64,000 nucleotides of DNA from Leptospirales bacterium (GTDB lineage Bacteria; Spirochaetota; Leptospiria; Turneriellales; JAOUFE01): the NCBI GenBank assembly GCA_040326155.1, contig JBEQLE010000009.1, forward strand, positions 2,889-66,888. The letters are read 5' to 3'. This document shows positions 1 through 9,678 of this stretch, piece after piece. Below the pieces are notes generated by a model. It ran no database searches. It was not told the origin of the DNA and saw only the letters and a list, made by a program, of their open reading frames with translations. Positions within the stretch are counted from its first letter, which is position 1; each line of letters opens with the position of its first letter. Both the position numbers and the translations under genes were made by a program.

Positions 1-172
1 TTAAAGAAGAAACAAGACCAACCATAAAAGCGGCGTAAAGTCCCGTCAAAGGATTAACTCCCGCGACGATCGAAAAAGCCACCGCTTCGGGTACCAAAGC
101 CAGGGCCACTGTCAGACCCGAAAGAATATCGTCTTTGGCTTTCGCCGCGTGTTTTTGGTATAATGCAAACAT
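1..172 (-). CDS. SulP-family inorganic anion transporter, N-terminal 57 codons only (gene runs off the left edge)
   Basis: Own reverse-strand translation from the ATG at 172-170: [57 protein letters not shown]. This fits the conserved SulP N-terminal block (SG.tVA..liPEA.AFsi.AGv.P..GLYA). It is absent from the ORF track because it is under 60 aa. Confidence 0.6.
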   Translation of the reverse strand, partial: MFALYQKHAAKAKDDILSGLTVALALVPEAVAFSIVAGVNPLTGLYAAFMVGLVSSL

Positions 173-227
173 AAATAAACGCTTTCGCGCCACTGTACAT
201 ACGGCGGATTTTTCTAAATGTCAAACA

Positions 228-257
228 CTTTTTATTAAAAGGGGCAAGCCTGCCCCT
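228..257 (-). terminator. Rho-independent terminator candidate downstream of the 330..902 lipoprotein gene
   Basis: 7-bp GC stem aggggca/tgcccct (240-246 / 251-257) with loop agcc. On the minus strand it is followed by UUUUAAUAAAAA (239-228). Confidence 0.55.
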
Positions 258-329
258 CGACGTTTAGTAGAACAATTTTTTGTAGGTGTCTTTTCGTCGG
301 TGTCGCATATATGCGATACTACCTCAAAA

Positions 330-902
330 CTATTTGGTTTCTTCTTCACCGGTGGCATTGAAAAATTCATGTATTAATTCCAATTGCTTTTCATCGACTG
401 AAATCGATATATTGTTTCCATTATACGAGAATCTGAATTTTACATCACCGGCAGTTTTCAGCTTGGTAGTAGATTTCGAATCCAGTAAAAGAGATCCATC
501 AATGGTAAAATAAGTGTTTGTTTCTTCCTCATCCCCCTGTACATGACGACTTGAATCCACTGACTGTATACGAATATCGGTAATTGCTCCATCGATCGAT
601 ATTTTGGCATCAAAGTTATCTTTATTTAAATTTTGTCGCGTACCACCGGTAGAAAACTTGAATTGAACATTCGTCTTTTCCGATGTTTTGGATATCGCCC
701 TGATAAAGTCCATAAGTACTCTACCGTAATTACGGCCATTATTCTCCGCACGCAATATTAATGCCATTGTAATATGAGTGTCTCCTGTAAAGTCATCCTT
801 TTTCACTTGTATCGCCGGTCCGAAACATCCACTCAATAATAATCCCAAAAACAAAATGGGAATAATTTTTATGGAAATTGTTAGTTTAGTTGTAAACTTC
901 AT
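330..902 (-). CDS. Hypothetical lipoprotein
   Basis: The internal Met (MKFTTKLTISIKIIPILFLGLLLSGC) gives a signal peptide plus an LSGC lipobox. GGAGAA lies upstream of the ATG at 902. I prefer this start over the 947 start in the track. Confidence 0.5.
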   Translation of the reverse strand: MKFTTKLTISIKIIPILFLGLLLSGCFGPAIQVKKDDFTGDTHITMALILRAENNGRNYGRVLMDFIRAISKTSEKTNVQFKFSTGGTRQNLNKDNFDAKISIDGAITDIRIQSVDSSRHVQGDEEETNTYFTIDGSLLLDSKSTTKLKTAGDVKFRFSYNGNNISISVDEKQLELIHEFFNATGEEETK

Positions 903-1048
903 GAGGTTCTCCGATTTTCTTAAAAATTTAGATAGATAAGGAATCAATGAGTTGTCAGACTGTAAAGAAACTTTTACTGACCCGGTATGTGTTTCCTCTT
1001 TTATAAATAAAATTCAATGATCCCATCGTCTATCTCAATGACTTTTAA

Positions 1049-3106
1049 CTAACCGCCAAATAAAATAAATCCTTTTTTTAACAACCCTTCCCACTTTTTA
1101 ATGGAGTAAATTTTTTCGCGCAAAGCAGTATCGGCTTCAATCAATTTTTTTGCCTCTTCGGCTTCTCTGGCATGAATTCTCAAGTCAGCTACTTTGAATT
1201 CGGACACACCGGCTTGTTTGGTATTGAAAAGTTCTCCACTTCCTCGAATTTCGAAATCTTTTTGTGACAGGTAAAAACCGTCATTCGATTCTATCATTGC
1301 AGCCAGACGTTTTTTGCCGTCCTCGGTAACGCCCTCTGACTCAACTAAAATACAATAGCTTTGCTGCTCGCCACGACCAACCCGGCCTCTTAGCTGGTGA
1401 AGTTGCGAAAGACCAAACTTTTCGGCATTTCGAATTACCATCACACTGGCGTTTGGTACATCTACCCCGACCTCTACAACGGTTGTGGCCACCAAAATCT
1501 GAATTGTACCCTCTTTGAATTTAGTCATTGCACGATCTTTCTCGCCCGGATTTAACCGTCCGTGCAAAAGACCCAGACGATACCCTTTAAATATCTCTTT
1601 TTCCAGTTTGTCGTAATCGGCCACTACCGAGGCCCACTTTGTTTTATCGTTGTCTTCAATAACAGGATAAACGATATAAGCCTGTTGCCCCTGGTCTACA
1701 TATTTTTTTACCCCTCGGTAAATGTTCATCAATTCGCTCTCTTGAAATAATCTTGTATCGACATCTTTTCTACCCGGAGGTTTTTCTTTTATAATAATTT
1801 GTTCCATGTCGCCGTACAACGTCAAAGTTAAACTTCTGGGTATGGGAGTGGCGCTCATACTTAAAACATCAGGTATAATTCCTTTTGCTCGTAGCGTTTC
1901 ACGCTGCTGTACGCCGAACCTTTGCTGCTCATCAATAATAACGAGACCAAGTTTTGAAAATTCTACTTCCTCTTGAATTAAACTGTGCGTTCCGACAACA
2001 ATAAGAGCGTCACCCCTCGCGATTCTATCGAGCTTACCTTTTCTTTCAGATGCTTTTTCAGCCCCCAGTAAAAGTTCAGTCTGCAAAAAGGGAATACCAG
2101 ATAGGTAATCTATAAAATTTCTATAATGCTGTCTTGCAAGAATTTCTGTCGGCGCCATTAACGCGACCTGTATACCCTGCTCCACATACTCCATGGCAAT
2201 TAAAAGAGCAACAAGAGTTTTACCACTGCCCACATCTCCCTGTAACAAGGCGCCAAAAGGAGCGTTTTCATAAGCAAGGATTTTTAACTTTGCTATCGCT
2301 TTTTGCTGGTCGTCCGTCAGTTTAAATGGAAGTCCTCTTTTAATTTCATCGGCAAAGGTTTTTTTTACCTGTTTATCTAATGGGGCGCTTTTTTGTAAAC
2401 CATTTCGCTCTTCTTTTTTTCGGAACATGATCGCCGAAAAAATTATAAGCTCATCAAAAGCAAGTCGTCTTTTCGCTTTATACACATCTTCCATTTCATC
2501 TGGAAAATGTATTTTATGCAGAGCAGGGCCAATTCCAGGCAGGCCAAGTTGTTCCAGCACATGGGCAGGCAGGGGCTCTTCTATTGAATTTTCATGCTTA
2601 ATTAATAAATCATGTATATTTTGCCGCAGAGTCCTGTTGTTAATGAATTTGGTCCTCATACCTTCAGTGACCTTGTAAATTGGAATAATCTTGCCAGTAT
2701 GAACCAGCTCGTCGCCCGACAGTAATTCCACCTCAGGATGCATAATAGAGGGACGCCCCCGAAACATATCTATTTTACCGCTAAAAGCAGCCTCGGCGCC
2801 CGTCTGTAATAATTTTTTATAATACGTTATAGCTTGAAAAAAAACCAGTGAAATTCTACTTCCCTGATAATCTACCGTAGCCGACAACCAGCGTCTTTTA
2901 CCAAACTTTAACTCTACACTGGCTACCTTACCTAAAAATGTAACCGTTTCACCGGCCCGAACATTTTTAAAATCTAGAATTTGAGAACGATCTACGTAAC
3001 GGCGCGGAATATAATAAAAAAGCTCGCCTAACGTACGAATTCCCTGCCGGCGCAACGTAGTCACCTGGCTCTCATTAAAGCATGAAAGATCTTTAATTGA
3101 TAACAT
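1049..3106 (-). CDS. recG: ATP-dependent DNA helicase RecG
   Basis: 685 aa with a wedge-domain N-terminus, Walker A GDVGSGKT, DEQQRFG (DEAH-type box) and QLHQLRGRVGRG motif VI. Confidence 0.9.
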   Translation of the reverse strand: MLSIKDLSCFNESQVTTLRRQGIRTLGELFYYIPRRYVDRSQILDFKNVRAGETVTFLGKVASVELKFGKRRWLSATVDYQGSRISLVFFQAITYYKKLLQTGAEAAFSGKIDMFRGRPSIMHPEVELLSGDELVHTGKIIPIYKVTEGMRTKFINNRTLRQNIHDLLIKHENSIEEPLPAHVLEQLGLPGIGPALHKIHFPDEMEDVYKAKRRLAFDELIIFSAIMFRKKEERNGLQKSAPLDKQVKKTFADEIKRGLPFKLTDDQQKAIAKLKILAYENAPFGALLQGDVGSGKTLVALLIAMEYVEQGIQVALMAPTEILARQHYRNFIDYLSGIPFLQTELLLGAEKASERKGKLDRIARGDALIVVGTHSLIQEEVEFSKLGLVIIDEQQRFGVQQRETLRAKGIIPDVLSMSATPIPRSLTLTLYGDMEQIIIKEKPPGRKDVDTRLFQESELMNIYRGVKKYVDQGQQAYIVYPVIEDNDKTKWASVVADYDKLEKEIFKGYRLGLLHGRLNPGEKDRAMTKFKEGTIQILVATTVVEVGVDVPNASVMVIRNAEKFGLSQLHQLRGRVGRGEQQSYCILVESEGVTEDGKKRLAAMIESNDGFYLSQKDFEIRGSGELFNTKQAGVSEFKVADLRIHAREAEEAKKLIEADTALREKIYSIKKWEGLLKKGFILFGG

Positions 3107-3166
3107 TTATTTGATAATGACTATGCTATTTTATTCACCGATTCAATAAGCATAGATATGAAAATT

Positions 3167-6100
3167 TTACATAGGCTCACTGTAAGAAGCTAATATAGTC
3201 TGTATTGTTGATAAGTCCATGTCAATCTTATTTGCAATTTCATCGGCAGACCAACCCATCTCACCGAGACGAAGTACCATATCTTTTTTATCACCAACTC
3301 CCTGGATAACATTTTTACCCTTATTCGGTGTCTCATCCACGGCATTGACAAGATCAGTAAGTTGTTTGATTTTCGACTCAGCGTCGTACTCAATTTTTTC
3401 AATAGTCTGAACGCTGGAACTCATCGATTGACGAAGCTCTTCGAATCTGGTACGCAGCGTATCAATCTGTTGTTTTCGCCGTTCTATATCGTCTATGAGG
3501 TCTTCAATTTCAAGAAATTTCTTTTGCACTTCTTCTATTTCAGACTCATTTTTCTTCATTGTCAAAAGTTGGCTTTCCACAGTGTCAATCTGGTCCTTCA
3601 GAACACCACCTTTCTCATCCACTTTTAACAATAATTCATTTAAGTTCTGAATTTTTCCCTGTATGGCTTCAACACCCTCTTCCTGGGCAATTATTTTTTC
3701 AAGAACGTTTTCCACAAAAGCATGTTGCTGCGCAAACTCTTCCAACACAGAGTCAAGTTTATCTTTTTGACCTTCTACTGACTCAGAAAGAATTACAACT
3801 TCATTCAGTTTTTCTTTAATCAACTCAAGAGAGTCGCCCTTGTCGTCAATTTCATCTCTAATGTTCAGAATCAATTGAAGTTGGTCTTCCAGCTTATCTA
3901 CTTTTTCTCGTTTTTGAGCAAGCATCATCAACTCTGCGTCAAGCTTTAAGCGCATCTCTTTGAGTTCATCGACCCTGGAAAATATATTACGTATATCTGC
4001 ATCTTTATCTTCAACCTGCTCCAGCTTTTCTTCAAGGTCATGAAGAAGTTTTGTTATATGGGTTGAACTTTCTTCGGCTTTTTGCAGCATGTTGGTATCT
4101 TTTTTCAACTGGTTAAAAGCCCGTTGAACGGAGTCCATTTCATCTTTCGCTGAAAAAGTTTCATTGTTTACCTGCTCTAAAAGAGCTTTGCTCTCTTTAG
4201 AAGCTTCTGTCATTGCCAGAATAATATCAGTTCTAACGCCTTGAAATTCCTCCAGAACTTTTTCTGAATCGTCGCGCATTTGCAAAAAGAAACTTTCAGT
4301 ATCTTCTTTAGTTCCATCTGAAATACTTTGCACTGTCTCTTTAATATTTTCTTCAAATAGATTAAGCTGCGCCTCAGATAATCGCGAAAATTGCTCTTGA
4401 AGTTTGGCCTTTTCACTTAACAGTAAAGAACTTACATTCTCCTGTTTTTCTGACATCTCTTTTTTTGCGTCCGTAAACTGTTCGGACAATTGTTGCATTT
4501 TATTAAAAATAGAATCTTCTTTGTCTTGAACTTTCAGTTTAAAAGAAGAAACCAGGTCAAACAACGTTTTTTCATTATCTTCCTGCCACTCACTCGACAG
4601 GTTTTCCATCGACTTGAGTTTATCATTTAACTGAACATCAAACTCATCAAGCATATCTTTTCTGGTTTTTTCAATTTCAAGAGAACCCTTATGCACGCTC
4701 TCTTTGGCGTCGCGGGTTAAATTTTCAAAGGTAGCTTCCCACTTTTCAGCCGAATGAGTAAAACCCAGTTCTTTCTCGCCAATTTTCTTTAATATAGCCT
4801 GCGTCTCAGAATCCCATTGTTCCACAAGATGTTTTTGAGAATCTATAAGGTTTTTTTCCACATTACCGAGTTTCTGAAATAGACCTGAAATTTTTCTGTC
4901 CACATCTTCGGTAGATTTATATTTTACTTCGTTTAATTCTTTTTCCAGAGTTGTAATAGACTCGTTCACTTTTTCAAGATTCTTATCGACCTCGCCTTCA
5001 AAACGATCTGAAAGTTCCCGACTTGACTGTTTTAGTTGTCTCAAATAATCTTCAAGTTCATTTTTCAAGCCCAGGCGAATTTCTTCCACATCTTTTCTAA
5101 GAGCATCATAACGTTCTTGCCCCATGTTTTCCATATCAGCAAAACGCTGGCGCATCGAGTCAAAGTCCTCTTGAAGATCTTTTGTTTCATGAACAAAATT
5201 ACGATACGATCGTTGAAAAACTTCAGAAGATTCTTCAGAGACTCTGGTCAAAGCTATTTTAATTTCTTTCTGAATATTTTCAAGACCCTCTTCCGAAAGG
5301 TGATCCACTTTTCCCATTACTCCGGATATTACCGACTCAATAGTATTCATCATTTTTTCGACATCGTTCTCTTTTTGATCTAAATGCGATTCAAAATTTT
5401 GAGCGGAAGATTTCATACGATTCTCAAATTCCAGCAAAAGATTCTTAAGTTCAGCTTTTTGAACATCAATTGTCGATTGCATACCGGTCTGTATCGAGTC
5501 AGCTTCACCGGCAAGTTGAGCTTTCAAGCCCTCAGATTCTTCACGCATCTGTTCTAGAACGCTTCGAATTTCAGCTTCATTTTCAACAGCAGCTGACTGC
5601 ATAACAGCCTGTATGGAATCCGCATCCCCGGCAAGTTGAGCTTTCAGCCCTTCAGACTCTTCACGCAACTGCTCTAAAAGAGTTTGCATATGCGTCTCTT
5701 TTTGTGAAGTAAATTTAGCCAGGTTTTTACCGGCATGAGAATAGTCATTGTGAAAAGATTCAATTTTCTCTTGAATTTTTCCCAACTCAGTATTTACGTA
5801 TGATTGTAGATTTTCTCGGTGTTCGCCCGTATCTTCATCGAGCCTGGACGAAACTTTTCGCATAGATTCATCTACCGATATTATTAAATTCTCTAGATTG
5901 GCCTCTTTTTGACTACTCACCTCAAGAAGTCTGTCCCGGGCATGGTCATAAACATCCTGAAACGAGTTCAGGTTACCCTCAATTTTCATGGCCTCTTCTT
6001 TAACGGCGCGAATCAGCTCATCTTTTTTAGCAAGGCTGTCTAAATCGATAGAGTGAATCTGGTGGCGAATTTTTTCAGACTCCTCGTAAAAGTCTTGAAA

Positions 6101-7021
6101 CAGATCCGTTCGTTCTTTATCAATTTCAGATCGTATGGAATCAAATCGTTTATGAAGTTCAGACTGAGTTTTTTGAACCTCTGCCGCCACCGCCTCAATT
6201 TCCGCATGGTTTCTATCCATATCCATAGAAACACGTTCTTTGAGTTTTTCAATCATTTCGGGAATATGAACTTTTAAAGTATTCTCATTATCTTTAATTC
6301 TCAAATCAAGCTCATCCAGAGTATCGAAGCGACCGTTAATTTCCCGTTCCAGTGAACCGGTTAAACCTTTCGCGCTGTTTCGCAAAGAAGTTTCAAGCTC
6401 ACGATAACTATCATCCATTTTATGACTTAAAATAGAATGTTTTTCAAGAAGTTCATCGCGAAGTTTATTCTGATAATCCAGAGCGCCATGAGAAGCCCCT
6501 TCCAATTTTCCTTCCATAGCCCGTATGGCCTCATCGGTTTTTTCGCCGATGGAAGTTTGAAAAGATTTAATCATCCGGCTGCCTTCGCCTTCAATTTTTT
6601 TAATGCCGTCTTGAACCTGTCGAACTTTTTTCTGGTGATAATCTATTTTATCCAGAGACTCGTTAATATACTGAAGTTGATCTTTAACAGAATTAGTAGT
6701 GGCTTCCAGAGATTGCAACTCGCCATCCATATGCTGTAAATTATTGCGACTCTCTTGAACCTCGGTTAAGGAACCTTTTACCGTTACGAGTTCTTGTTTT
6801 AATTCATGCAGGTATTTATCGGAGTTAATAAGCAAAAGATCGAAACTGGCCGAAGCGTCCTGAAGTTCCTCTTTTTTCTGAAGAGCTATTTCAACAAGAT
6901 CTTTTTGCCCACGTTCAATTAAAGTCTTCAGTTTACGAAGATTAACATTAGACTTATCCAAACGCCGTAACAAAATAGTTATGAGGACAGAACCAAGAAA
7001 TGGAATGGATAACTCCAACAT
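3167..7021 (-). CDS. Membrane-anchored giant coiled-coil protein (1284 aa), function unknown
   Basis: One N-terminal TM segment (IPFLGSVLITILL), then over 1100 aa of E/K/L/Q-rich heptad-like sequence. There is a small helical C-terminal module (MVLRLGEMGWSADEIANKIDMDLSTIQTIL). The frame is long and uninterrupted, and all antisense ORFs are short. Confidence 0.75.
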   Translation of the reverse strand: MLELSIPFLGSVLITILLRRLDKSNVNLRKLKTLIERGQKDLVEIALQKKEELQDASASFDLLLINSDKYLHELKQELVTVKGSLTEVQESRNNLQHMDGELQSLEATTNSVKDQLQYINESLDKIDYHQKKVRQVQDGIKKIEGEGSRMIKSFQTSIGEKTDEAIRAMEGKLEGASHGALDYQNKLRDELLEKHSILSHKMDDSYRELETSLRNSAKGLTGSLEREINGRFDTLDELDLRIKDNENTLKVHIPEMIEKLKERVSMDMDRNHAEIEAVAAEVQKTQSELHKRFDSIRSEIDKERTDLFQDFYEESEKIRHQIHSIDLDSLAKKDELIRAVKEEAMKIEGNLNSFQDVYDHARDRLLEVSSQKEANLENLIISVDESMRKVSSRLDEDTGEHRENLQSYVNTELGKIQEKIESFHNDYSHAGKNLAKFTSQKETHMQTLLEQLREESEGLKAQLAGDADSIQAVMQSAAVENEAEIRSVLEQMREESEGLKAQLAGEADSIQTGMQSTIDVQKAELKNLLLEFENRMKSSAQNFESHLDQKENDVEKMMNTIESVISGVMGKVDHLSEEGLENIQKEIKIALTRVSEESSEVFQRSYRNFVHETKDLQEDFDSMRQRFADMENMGQERYDALRKDVEEIRLGLKNELEDYLRQLKQSSRELSDRFEGEVDKNLEKVNESITTLEKELNEVKYKSTEDVDRKISGLFQKLGNVEKNLIDSQKHLVEQWDSETQAILKKIGEKELGFTHSAEKWEATFENLTRDAKESVHKGSLEIEKTRKDMLDEFDVQLNDKLKSMENLSSEWQEDNEKTLFDLVSSFKLKVQDKEDSIFNKMQQLSEQFTDAKKEMSEKQENVSSLLLSEKAKLQEQFSRLSEAQLNLFEENIKETVQSISDGTKEDTESFFLQMRDDSEKVLEEFQGVRTDIILAMTEASKESKALLEQVNNETFSAKDEMDSVQRAFNQLKKDTNMLQKAEESSTHITKLLHDLEEKLEQVEDKDADIRNIFSRVDELKEMRLKLDAELMMLAQKREKVDKLEDQLQLILNIRDEIDDKGDSLELIKEKLNEVVILSESVEGQKDKLDSVLEEFAQQHAFVENVLEKIIAQEEGVEAIQGKIQNLNELLLKVDEKGGVLKDQIDTVESQLLTMKKNESEIEEVQKKFLEIEDLIDDIERRKQQIDTLRTRFEELRQSMSSSVQTIEKIEYDAESKIKQLTDLVNAVDETPNKGKNVIQGVGDKKDMVLRLGEMGWSADEIANKIDMDLSTIQTILASYSEPM
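5438..5677 (-). repeat. Intragenic tandem duplication, 2 x 120 nt (2 x 40 aa) inside the coiled-coil gene
   Basis: LEQLREESEGLKAQLAGDADSIQAVMQS... is followed exactly 40 aa later by LEQMREESEGLKAQLAGEADSIQTGMQS.... At nucleotide level, gcaagttgag recurs at 5511 and 5631 (120-nt period). Confidence 0.8.
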
Positions 7022-7145
7022 ATTATGTCACTTCTACATGTATTTTCGCCTTTACAATCCTTTTTTTAGAATCATGAATACAACTTTTCAACCTGTATCT
7101 CGAAATAAAAATTGTCACAATATATTCTAATTTACGGAAAATTCA

Positions 7146-8375
7146 ATGAGTGAAAACAGAACAAACAAGCGTAAAGCATACGTATTAATCAGCGGGGGAC
7201 TTGATTCTACGCTGGCGGTAAAAATGCTGCAGGATCAGGGAATTGAAGTCACAGGAGTCTACATAAGCACGGGTTTTTGTGTAAGTGCTCAGCAAAAAAG
7301 GAACGGTCGCTTCGATGAAGCAAAACCAGATGTCTTCAAAGTATCCCAGGAACTTGGTATCGACCTTGAAGTCATAGATATAAGCAATGAATATATGTCT
7401 ATTGTAGCCAACCCGAAATACGGATGGGGAAAAAACGTGAACCCTTGTATTGACTGCCGAATTCACATGCTGCAAAAAACCGCCGAACTGATGAAAGAAA
7501 AAGGCGGCGACTTTATTGCCACTGGCGAAGTTCTCGGGCAACGACCCATGTCGCAACGGCGCGATACCATAGACCTGGTAGCTAAAAAATCGGGTCTCGG
7601 TGACCTGCTGCTTCGACCATTATCGGCGCATTTCTTTCCTGAAACCAAACCAGAAAAAGAGGGTTGGGTCGACAGAGCAAAACTGGGTAAATTGCAGGGT
7701 CGCTCACGTAAGCCACAACTGGCGATGGCGAAAAAGTATAATCTTCAAAACATACAAACGCCCGCCGGAGGGTGTTGCTACCTGACCGACGAAAACTACG
7801 CGGTACGCTTCAAAGATATGCTCCTGGGGTTAAAACGAATGCTGAAAAAACCAGACTCGTTTCAACTCGAACACAATGACATGATCATCATGAGTATCGG
7901 ACGGCAAATTAAAATTAGAACCGGTCTAAAACTCGCCTGCGGTCGCAACGAATCCGAAAATAACCTGCTGCATCATTACCGCGCTGGAAAACTCCATATA
8001 AAAACAACGGATGACAACCCCGGCCCTTCGGCGTTACTCGAAATTATACCGAATGAGAACAGTATAAACCTTACAACAGAATTTGATGAGTGGAATTACA
8101 CCGACCAGGTCGACGTAAATATTTCGCCTTTTCTTGAAAAAATCGATGCTACAATAACTCCGATAGAACTTGCGTTATGCGGCGCAATTCTCGGTCGATA
8201 CAGCGATAACAAAACTGGCGAAGATATTACGATTGAAGTGACTGAATTCGACAAACAGGGAACCCTGGTAAACAGCATGAATTTTACCGTAACCCCCTTA
8301 AAAAACCTGTCCGTTTTAACTGAAAAACTGATGATCAAAGAAAACGAAAAAAAAATACTGAAAAGCATTGCATAA
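7146..8375 (+). CDS. PP-loop ATP pyrophosphatase, ThiI/MnmA-like tRNA sulfurtransferase family, with an uncharacterised C-terminal half
   Basis: SGGLDS PP-loop at the N-terminus, NPCIDCR, and ATGEVLGQRPMSQ...LLRPL resembling the ThiI catalytic domain. I did not recognise the C-terminal roughly 170 aa. Confidence 0.65.
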   Translation: MSENRTNKRKAYVLISGGLDSTLAVKMLQDQGIEVTGVYISTGFCVSAQQKRNGRFDEAKPDVFKVSQELGIDLEVIDISNEYMSIVANPKYGWGKNVNPCIDCRIHMLQKTAELMKEKGGDFIATGEVLGQRPMSQRRDTIDLVAKKSGLGDLLLRPLSAHFFPETKPEKEGWVDRAKLGKLQGRSRKPQLAMAKKYNLQNIQTPAGGCCYLTDENYAVRFKDMLLGLKRMLKKPDSFQLEHNDMIIMSIGRQIKIRTGLKLACGRNESENNLLHHYRAGKLHIKTTDDNPGPSALLEIIPNENSINLTTEFDEWNYTDQVDVNISPFLEKIDATITPIELALCGAILGRYSDNKTGEDITIEVTEFDKQGTLVNSMNFTVTPLKNLSVLTEKLMIKENEKKILKSIA

Positions 8376-8528
8376 TAAAAACTTTAGTATAATCGGCCAA
8401 CCACGCGCAAAAATTATAGATTACGCCTATATGGCAAATAAAATTTCTTTATAACTACAATATTTATATAGCCATTGGAAAAATAGCATAAATAACAGTC
8501 CAATTGCACTGATTTTAGAAAATTTAAA

Positions 8529-8556
8529 TTGACGACGTATAGCAAACTAATATGCT
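8529..8556 (+). promoter_or_regulatory. Sigma70-like promoter candidate for the small membrane protein/lgt pair
   Basis: TTGACG (8529-8534), 16-nt spacer, TATGCT (8551-8556), about 30 nt upstream of the GAGGAG RBS and the ATG at 8586. Confidence 0.3.
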
Positions 8557-8585
8557 AGGGAATTAAAAAATTGAGGAGTCGTAAT

Positions 8586-8906
8586 ATGGCAATAGCATCA
8601 TTAGTATTAGGTATTATAGGGGTTGCATGGATTCTTGTCCCAATTCCAGGAACATTCTGGATAGGAGTCATTTTAGGAGTCATAGCAATCGTACTTGGAG
8701 TTCTAGGTAAAAAAGAAGAAGGCGGAGCTGGTAAAGCAAAAGCCGGTATGATTTTAGGTATTGTTGCAGTTATTGTTAACATAGCTTTTTATGTTCTTTG
8801 CATGGCTGCAGTTGCCGGCGTAGCAAATGAAATGGGTGAATTGAATTTAGAAGGCCTTGAAGAGCTAAAAGATACACTTGAACAATTAGAAGAAAACAAC
8901 CAATAA
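8586..8906 (+). CDS. Small membrane protein, DUF4190-like
   Basis: MAIASLVLGIIGVAWILVPIPG...GVILGVIAIVLGVLGKK is the typical DUF4190 two-TM pattern. A GAGGAG RBS sits 7 nt before the ATG at 8586, which I prefer over 8571. Confidence 0.55.
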   Translation: MAIASLVLGIIGVAWILVPIPGTFWIGVILGVIAIVLGVLGKKEEGGAGKAKAGMILGIVAVIVNIAFYVLCMAAVAGVANEMGELNLEGLEELKDTLEQLEENNQ

Positions 8907-8925
8907 TTTTCAAAATTCATAGAAT

Positions 8926-9678
8926 ATGTATCCAATATTATATGAATTTGAATTTCTAAGTAAAAAATTAGCGATCGGAAGCTACGGGCTTATAGCCATT
9001 GTAGCTTCCGTTACCGCTATTCTCATTTCCGTTTATTTCATTCCACATAAAAAATTATCTAAAAGCGACATCTTCGATATGAGCATGTTGGTTTTCAGCC
9101 TGGGATTACTCGGCGCAATGGTAATGCACTTTATCCTCTTCCCCCCTCGATCCTGGGATCTTTCGAATTACCCATCCGGGCTAATCAGCTACGGAGGTCT
9201 TTTAGGTGGAATACCCGCTTTTTATATAATTCGCCACAAATGGAATCTGAATTTTGAAAAATTCGCAGATTTGTTTACAATTCCTTTTGTCTTTGGTTTA
9301 GCTATTGGACGTATAGGTTGTTTTTTCGGAGGTTGCTGTTTTGGTAAACCCACAGATTCGGCTATTGGAGTATTTATTAATACAAATGGAATCCATGGCC
9401 ATGTTATACCTACAAATTTAATCAGCTCTATTTTTCTTTTTGCGCTGGGAGCATTTCTAATCTATTTATCAAAGAAGAAAAAAGAAATTCTTGTTCCTGC
9501 TTTTTTCATAATATATGCGTTATTTCGCTTTACAATTGAATTCTGGCGAGACGACCCCAGACAATTCTTTCTTACACTTTCAGATGGTCAGTGGTATGCC
9601 ATTATATCATTAATGGTAGGGCTTTACCTTCTGGCAACAAAAAAGAACATCTTTAAAAAACCTGCTCTGGCAAACTGA
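8926..9678 (+). CDS. lgt: Prolipoprotein diacylglyceryl transferase family protein (GCxxGGCC variant)
   Basis: Polytopic, 250 aa, with GRIGCFFGGCCFGKP in place of the GRxGNFxNxE box and an Lgt-like C-terminus FRFTIEFWRDDPR. Confidence 0.7.
   Translation: MYPILYEFEFLSKKLAIGSYGLIAIVASVTAILISVYFIPHKKLSKSDIFDMSMLVFSLGLLGAMVMHFILFPPRSWDLSNYPSGLISYGGLLGGIPAFYIIRHKWNLNFEKFADLFTIPFVFGLAIGRIGCFFGGCCFGKPTDSAIGVFINTNGIHGHVIPTNLISSIFLFALGAFLIYLSKKKKEILVPAFFIIYALFRFTIEFWRDDPRQFFLTLSDGQWYAIISLMVGLYLLATKKNIFKKPALAN

Noticed and set aside
3190-6739. Many 60-115 aa ORFs on both strands inside the coiled-coil gene.
   Set aside because: They are low-complexity shadows of a long E/K/L-rich frame (antisense F/L/K-rich peptides). 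All are nested within one uninterrupted 1284-codon ORF.
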